This document shows, in pieces, positions 60,314 to 64,000 of a DNA stretch of 64,000 nt. Below the pieces are notes generated by a model, which was not told the DNA's origin, searched no databases, and worked only from the letters and a program-made list of their open reading frames with translations. Within the stretch, counting starts at the first letter, position 1. Each line of letters starts with the position of its first letter. The DNA comes from an uncultured Microbacteriaceae bacterium (GTDB taxonomy: Bacteria; Actinomycetota; Actinomycetes; Actinomycetales; Microbacteriaceae), in NCBI GenBank assembly GCA_947487835.1, contig CANKXX010000004.1, forward strand, positions 173,076 through 237,075, given 5' to 3'. The position numbers and the translations under genes were made by a program.

Positions 60314-60344
60314 GATGCCGGGGCGCGAAGCGCGCCCCGGCATC
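60314..60344 (-). terminator. Perfect 14-bp stem / 3-nt loop intercistronic hairpin between the SBP and first permease genes
   Basis: GATGCCGGGGCGCG aag CGCGCCCCGGCATC, 33 nt after the SBP stop. There is no clear U tract, so it is more likely an mRNA-stabilising or attenuating element than a full terminator. Confidence 0.5.
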
Positions 60345-60376
60345 GGGTCGAACGAGTAACCAGGGTACGCCCCTCG

Positions 60377-62014
60377 TTACTCCTTCGTGATCTGGTAGTA
60401 CAGCGGCACGGAGTTCCAGCCGAACACCACGTTGTCCACGGTCTCGGCGGAGACGCCGGTCACGTTGGAGTACCACAGCGGGATGCTGGGCAGGTCCTGG
60501 AGCAGCAGCTCCTGGGCCTCCTGGTACTTCGCGGTCGCGGCGTCGATGTCGCCGGCCGTGCTGCCCTCGCGGATCAGGGTGTCGAACTCGGGGCTGGAGT
60601 AGCCCTCGTAGTTCGAGCCCGCGCCCGTGAGGTAGTTCGGCGCGAGGAAGTTGTACAGCGACGGGTAGTCGGCCTGCCATCCGGCGCGGGTCGCACCGGT
60701 GAGGCGCTTGGCCTCGCGGTCCTCGAGCGCCTCGGCGAAGGTCGGGTACGGCTTGCCCTGAGCGGTGATGCCGAGCGTGTTGCTGATGCTCTGCGTCGCG
60801 GCGTCGACCCAGGCCTGGTGGCCACCGTCGGCGTTGTAGGCGATGTCGAACACGGTGTCGCCGTAGGGGGCGATGGCGTCGGCCTCGGCCCACAGGCGCT
60901 TGGCCTCGTCGGCGTCGTACTCGAGCACCTCGGCACCCTCGAGCTCGTCGGAGTAGCCGTCGATCACCGGGGAGGTGAAGTCGGTGGCGGGGGTCCGGGT
61001 GCCCTGGAAGATGACGTCGGTGATCTCGTCGCGGTTGATCGCACGGGAGACCGCGGCGCGGCGGAGCTTGCCCTCCTCGCCGCCCCAGTGCTCGAGGTAC
61101 TGGGGGATGTTGATCGACTGGTAGATCGCGGCCGGCTGGTTGACCGCGCGGTCGCCGAACTCGTCCTCGAAGGTCTCGAACGCGGCGTCGGGGACGGCGT
61201 CGAGCACGTCGAGGTTGCCGCCCTGCACGTCCGCGTACGCGGCGTCCTGGGTGGCGTAGAAGGTGATCTTCAGGCCGTCGTTGGCCGGCTCGCGGGGGCC
61301 GTCGTACTCCGGGTTGGCGACGAGGTCGATGGCCACGTCGTGCTCCCAGGCGCCCTCGCCGTCCAGCATGTACGGACCGTTGCCGACCGGGTTCTCGCCG
61401 AAGGCCTCCATGTCCTCGTACGCGGACTCGGGCAGCGGCGAGTAGGCCGAGTAGCCGAGTCGCAGCGGCCAGTCGGCCTCGGGGGCGCTGAGCGCGACGG
61501 TGAAGGTGGTGTCGTCCACGACCGCGAGGCCGGACAGCTCCGGAACGTCACCCTCGAGCGCGAAGCCCTGGATGTTGTCGAAGAAGTAGGACGAGCCCTG
61601 GGCGTTGGTGGGGTTCGCGCCGTAGTTCCACGCGTCCACGAAGGACTGGGCCGTGAGCGGGGATCCGTCGCTGAACGTGAGGCCCTCGCGGATCTTCACG
61701 GTCCAGTTCTGCGAGTCCTCGGACTCGATCGACTCGGCCACGTCGTTCTCGATCTCGCCCTCGGCCGTGTAGGACACGAGGCCGGCGAAGATGGAGTCGA
61801 TGATCTTGCCGCCGCCCACCTCGGTGGTGTTCGTCGGGATCAGCGGGTTCTGGGGTTCGTTGCCATTCGTCGTGATGATGGCGGATCCGCCACCGGTGCC
61901 GCCGCCATTGCTTCCGGAGTCGCCTCCGTTGCCGCCGGAAGCGCAGCCCGACAGGACCAGCGCGCCGGCCCCGATAAGGGCAATGGCGCTCAGGCCCTTG
62001 CGATTGATGTTCAC
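60377..62014 (-). CDS. Peptide ABC transporter substrate-binding lipoprotein (family 5)
   Basis: Track ORF, 545 aa. Lipobox LVLSGC, Gly/Ser linker, then family-5 SBP features. AGGAGGA lies upstream of the ATG. Confidence 0.9.
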   Translation of the reverse strand: MNINRKGLSAIALIGAGALVLSGCASGGNGGDSGSNGGGTGGGSAIITTNGNEPQNPLIPTNTTEVGGGKIIDSIFAGLVSYTAEGEIENDVAESIESEDSQNWTVKIREGLTFSDGSPLTAQSFVDAWNYGANPTNAQGSSYFFDNIQGFALEGDVPELSGLAVVDDTTFTVALSAPEADWPLRLGYSAYSPLPESAYEDMEAFGENPVGNGPYMLDGEGAWEHDVAIDLVANPEYDGPREPANDGLKITFYATQDAAYADVQGGNLDVLDAVPDAAFETFEDEFGDRAVNQPAAIYQSINIPQYLEHWGGEEGKLRRAAVSRAINRDEITDVIFQGTRTPATDFTSPVIDGYSDELEGAEVLEYDADEAKRLWAEADAIAPYGDTVFDIAYNADGGHQAWVDAATQSISNTLGITAQGKPYPTFAEALEDREAKRLTGATRAGWQADYPSLYNFLAPNYLTGAGSNYEGYSSPEFDTLIREGSTAGDIDAATAKYQEAQELLLQDLPSIPLWYSNVTGVSAETVDNVVFGWNSVPLYYQITKE

Positions 62015-62354
62015 GTATCCTCCTGTGCAGGTGAACTGCGGGCATGCGTCATGGCATGCGACCGCGGGATACGTAGACCTTAGGTTGTGCTCTCCGCCGG
62101 TACAAAAACGACACCGGAAACGTTACATACCGGTAACCCACGACTTTCGCCGCGGTGAACCCCGCACGAATGCTGCAGGTGAGCGCTCCCCCACGCAGTT
62201 TTCCCTCCACGGGGCGCCCTCCGGCGCTTGTAGGTTTTCGCTATTCCCCGGTGAGGAGACGCCGATTCCGGAGCGTCTCGAGGCGTCCGGGCGCATTCCC
62301 GAGGGCGCCGCCGCCCTCAGGGAGCGGTGATGCCGCCTGCGTAGGATTCGAGCC

Positions 62355-63284
62355 ATGAGGTGGACCGGCGGCCGGCGCGGCAGTGGGATGCGCGGCACCC
62401 GCGACGCCGACGGAACGGCCGACACACCGGAGGCACCGGACGCACCGAAGGCACCGGACGCACCGAACACCGCGGGCGGGAACGACGCGGCGGTCGGGGC
62501 GGCTGCGCCGAGCGCGGTGAACGACCAGCGCTCCCGGCGCATCTGGATCGAGATCGCGATCGTGCTCGGCCTGTCGCTCGGCGCGTCCGCGGTGTACTCC
62601 ATCGTGTCGCTGCTCAACAGCCTCACCCGGGACACACCCCTCTCCTCCCAGACGACGACCCTCAACCAGTCGCTCAGCCCCCGGCCGCTGTTCGATCTCA
62701 CCTACCAGCTGCTCGGCATCTTGTTCGACCTCGTGCCGGTGGTGCTCGCGCTCTACCTCCTCTGGCTGCCCGGGCGCTCGGCGCTCAGCCGGCTGGGCAT
62801 CGACCGCAGGCGGCCCGGCTGGGACGTCGGCAGCGGCGTCGTGCTCGCCGCGCTCATCGGCATCCCCGGGCTCGGCCTGTACCTGGCCGCGCGCAGCCTC
62901 GGCTTCTCCCTCACGGTCGTGCCCACCGCGCTCGACGCGTACTGGTGGACGGTGCCCGTGCTCGTGCTGTCCGCGCTGCGGGCGGCGCTCGTGGAGGAGG
63001 TGATCGTCGTCGGCTACCTCTTCACGCGGCTGCGCGAGCTCGGCTGGGGGCCGTGGCCGGTCATCGCGGCGAGCGCGCTGCTCCGCGGCAGCTACCACCT
63101 CTACCAGGGGTTCGGCGGCTTCGTCGGCAACGTGGTCATGGGGCTCGTCTTCGGCTGGTTCTACCACCGCTTCGGCCGCACCACGCCGCTGATCGTCGCG
63201 CACTGGATCCTCGACATCGCCAGCTTCTGCGGCTACGCGATCGCCGTCGCCCTGCTCCCCGGGCTCTTTCCGCCGGCCTCCTGA
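62355..63284 (+). CDS. CPBP family intramembrane glutamic endopeptidase (CAAX protease-like)
   Basis: Track ORF, 309 aa. ALVEEVIVVGYLFTRL (EExxxR), LLRGSYHLYQG, AHWILD motifs. The N-terminal about 60 aa are low complexity, so the start is uncertain. Confidence 0.8.
   Translation: MRWTGGRRGSGMRGTRDADGTADTPEAPDAPKAPDAPNTAGGNDAAVGAAAPSAVNDQRSRRIWIEIAIVLGLSLGASAVYSIVSLLNSLTRDTPLSSQTTTLNQSLSPRPLFDLTYQLLGILFDLVPVVLALYLLWLPGRSALSRLGIDRRRPGWDVGSGVVLAALIGIPGLGLYLAARSLGFSLTVVPTALDAYWWTVPVLVLSALRAALVEEVIVVGYLFTRLRELGWGPWPVIAASALLRGSYHLYQGFGGFVGNVVMGLVFGWFYHRFGRTTPLIVAHWILDIASFCGYAIAVALLPGLFPPAS
62424..62468 (+). repeat. Five tandem 9-bp units inside the CPBP 5' region encoding TPE-APD-APK-APD-APN
   Basis: acaccggag gcaccggac gcaccgaag gcaccggac gcaccgaac; in frame with the ORF. 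Confidence 0.8.
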
Positions 63285-63426
63285 TCCGCCCGGCGCCGCG
63301 GGGGGAATTTCCTCACCCGGCGCGGCAACGCGGAGTGGCCGCCCGCCCCCGCGCCGGGCCGTCAATAGAGTGGGGCTCGCACGCCGGCGTGCGCCTGCCG
63401 TCGGCGACCTCGACACAAGGAGGACC

Positions 63427-63909
63427 ATGAGCAACGACGCTCATCCGGCCGGCGCTTCGCCGGGCGACGCGTACCGCGGCAACACGAACAGGGGCGACGG
63501 GCACAGGGGCGACGCGCGCCCCGTCGGTGCGAGCGGGGGCGAGACGCATCCCGGCGGCGTCACCCCGGTCGGCACCGCGGCCATCGACTACATCGCGGTC
63601 GAGGACTCGCCGCGGTTCCGGGAGCTGAAGCGCGAGCACCGCAGCTTCGTGTTCCCCGTCGCGATCGCGTTCCTGGTCTGGTACTTCGCCTACGTCCTGC
63701 TCGCCGATTACGCGCACGAGTTCATGGCGACGCCCGTCTTCGGCAACGTGAACGTCGGCATCCTGCTCGGGCTGGGTCAGTTCGTGACCACCTTCGCCAT
63801 CACGACCTGGTACGTGCACCGCGCGAACGCGCGCTTCGACCCCATCGCGGCCGAGATTCGCACCGACCTCGAGGGCCGCGAGCAGCGCGCCGGGGAGGGC
63901 CGGGCATGA
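63427..63909 (+). CDS. DUF485 family membrane protein (YjcH-like, acetate permease partner)
   Basis: Track ORF 63370..63909. ATG 63427 has AAGGAGGA upstream. FRELKREHRSFVFPVAIAFLVWYFAYVLL. It is followed by a symporter gene with an ATGA overlap. Confidence 0.8.
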   Translation: MSNDAHPAGASPGDAYRGNTNRGDGHRGDARPVGASGGETHPGGVTPVGTAAIDYIAVEDSPRFRELKREHRSFVFPVAIAFLVWYFAYVLLADYAHEFMATPVFGNVNVGILLGLGQFVTTFAITTWYVHRANARFDPIAAEIRTDLEGREQRAGEGRA

Positions 63910-64000
63910 ACACCACGGAGACCGGCAACCCGATCCTCAACATCACGATCTTCGGGGTGTTCGTCGCGATCACCCTCGTCATCGTGTTCCGCGCCAGCCG
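63906..64000 (+). CDS. actP: Cation/acetate symporter (SSS family, ActP-like), first ~31 codons only
   Basis: Hand translation MNTTETGNPILNITIFGVFVAITLVIVFRAS..., a typical ActP N-terminus. The DUF485-ActP gene pair is conserved. It runs off the window. Confidence 0.7.
   Translation, partial: MNTTETGNPILNITIFGVFVAITLVIVFRAS

Overview
About 64 kb of a very GC-rich (about 70% by eye) actinobacterial chromosome. Gene content and the repeat families suggest Micrococcales/Microbacteriaceae, but that is inference only. I support about 57 protein-coding genes or gene remnants. Most are core genes whose local order matches conserved M. tuberculosis neighbourhoods, as I recall them: uvrD2-nudC-adnB-adnA; DUF3107 and a DEAD-box helicase; MgtE-N/CBS protein-DUF1003-mrp-tatB-O-methyltransferase; DUF3117-dapE-dapD; gltA; dapC-fdxA-mshB-like; typA. 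Lineage-specific blocks sit between these: efeUOB iron uptake, csoR plus copZ-copA copper efflux, a three-gene ABC importer, a DrrAB-like ABC exporter, an intact peptide ABC operon, a rearranged remnant of a second peptide ABC operon, a disrupted prolyl oligopeptidase, and a DUF222/HNH gene. I saw no rRNA, tRNA, CRISPR array, IS element, integrase or prophage. Most long ORFs in the track are antisense artefacts of the GC-rich coding strand. I did not find a convincing new multi-gene system such as a defence island. Coding sequence leaves two features unexplained, and these are the strongest findings. (1) A dispersed hairpin repeat of about 29 nt occurs at eight intergenic loci in two stem alleles that differ by a compensatory double change. 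(2) A 61-nt nested palindrome with fixed 19-23-19 geometry occurs at three gene 3' ends. Secondary observations: a rearrangement junction joining an SBP fragment to a truncated ATPase, an APH-fold protein lacking both catalytic aspartates in the adnAB cluster, an IdeR-like iron box upstream of efeUOB next to a purine-rich G-tract repeat, a possible uORF coupled to the TTG start of the DEAD-box helicase, and an MshB-membrane domain fusion. All coordinates were derived by hand from the printed sequence. All family assignments are motif recognition by eye, not database searches.
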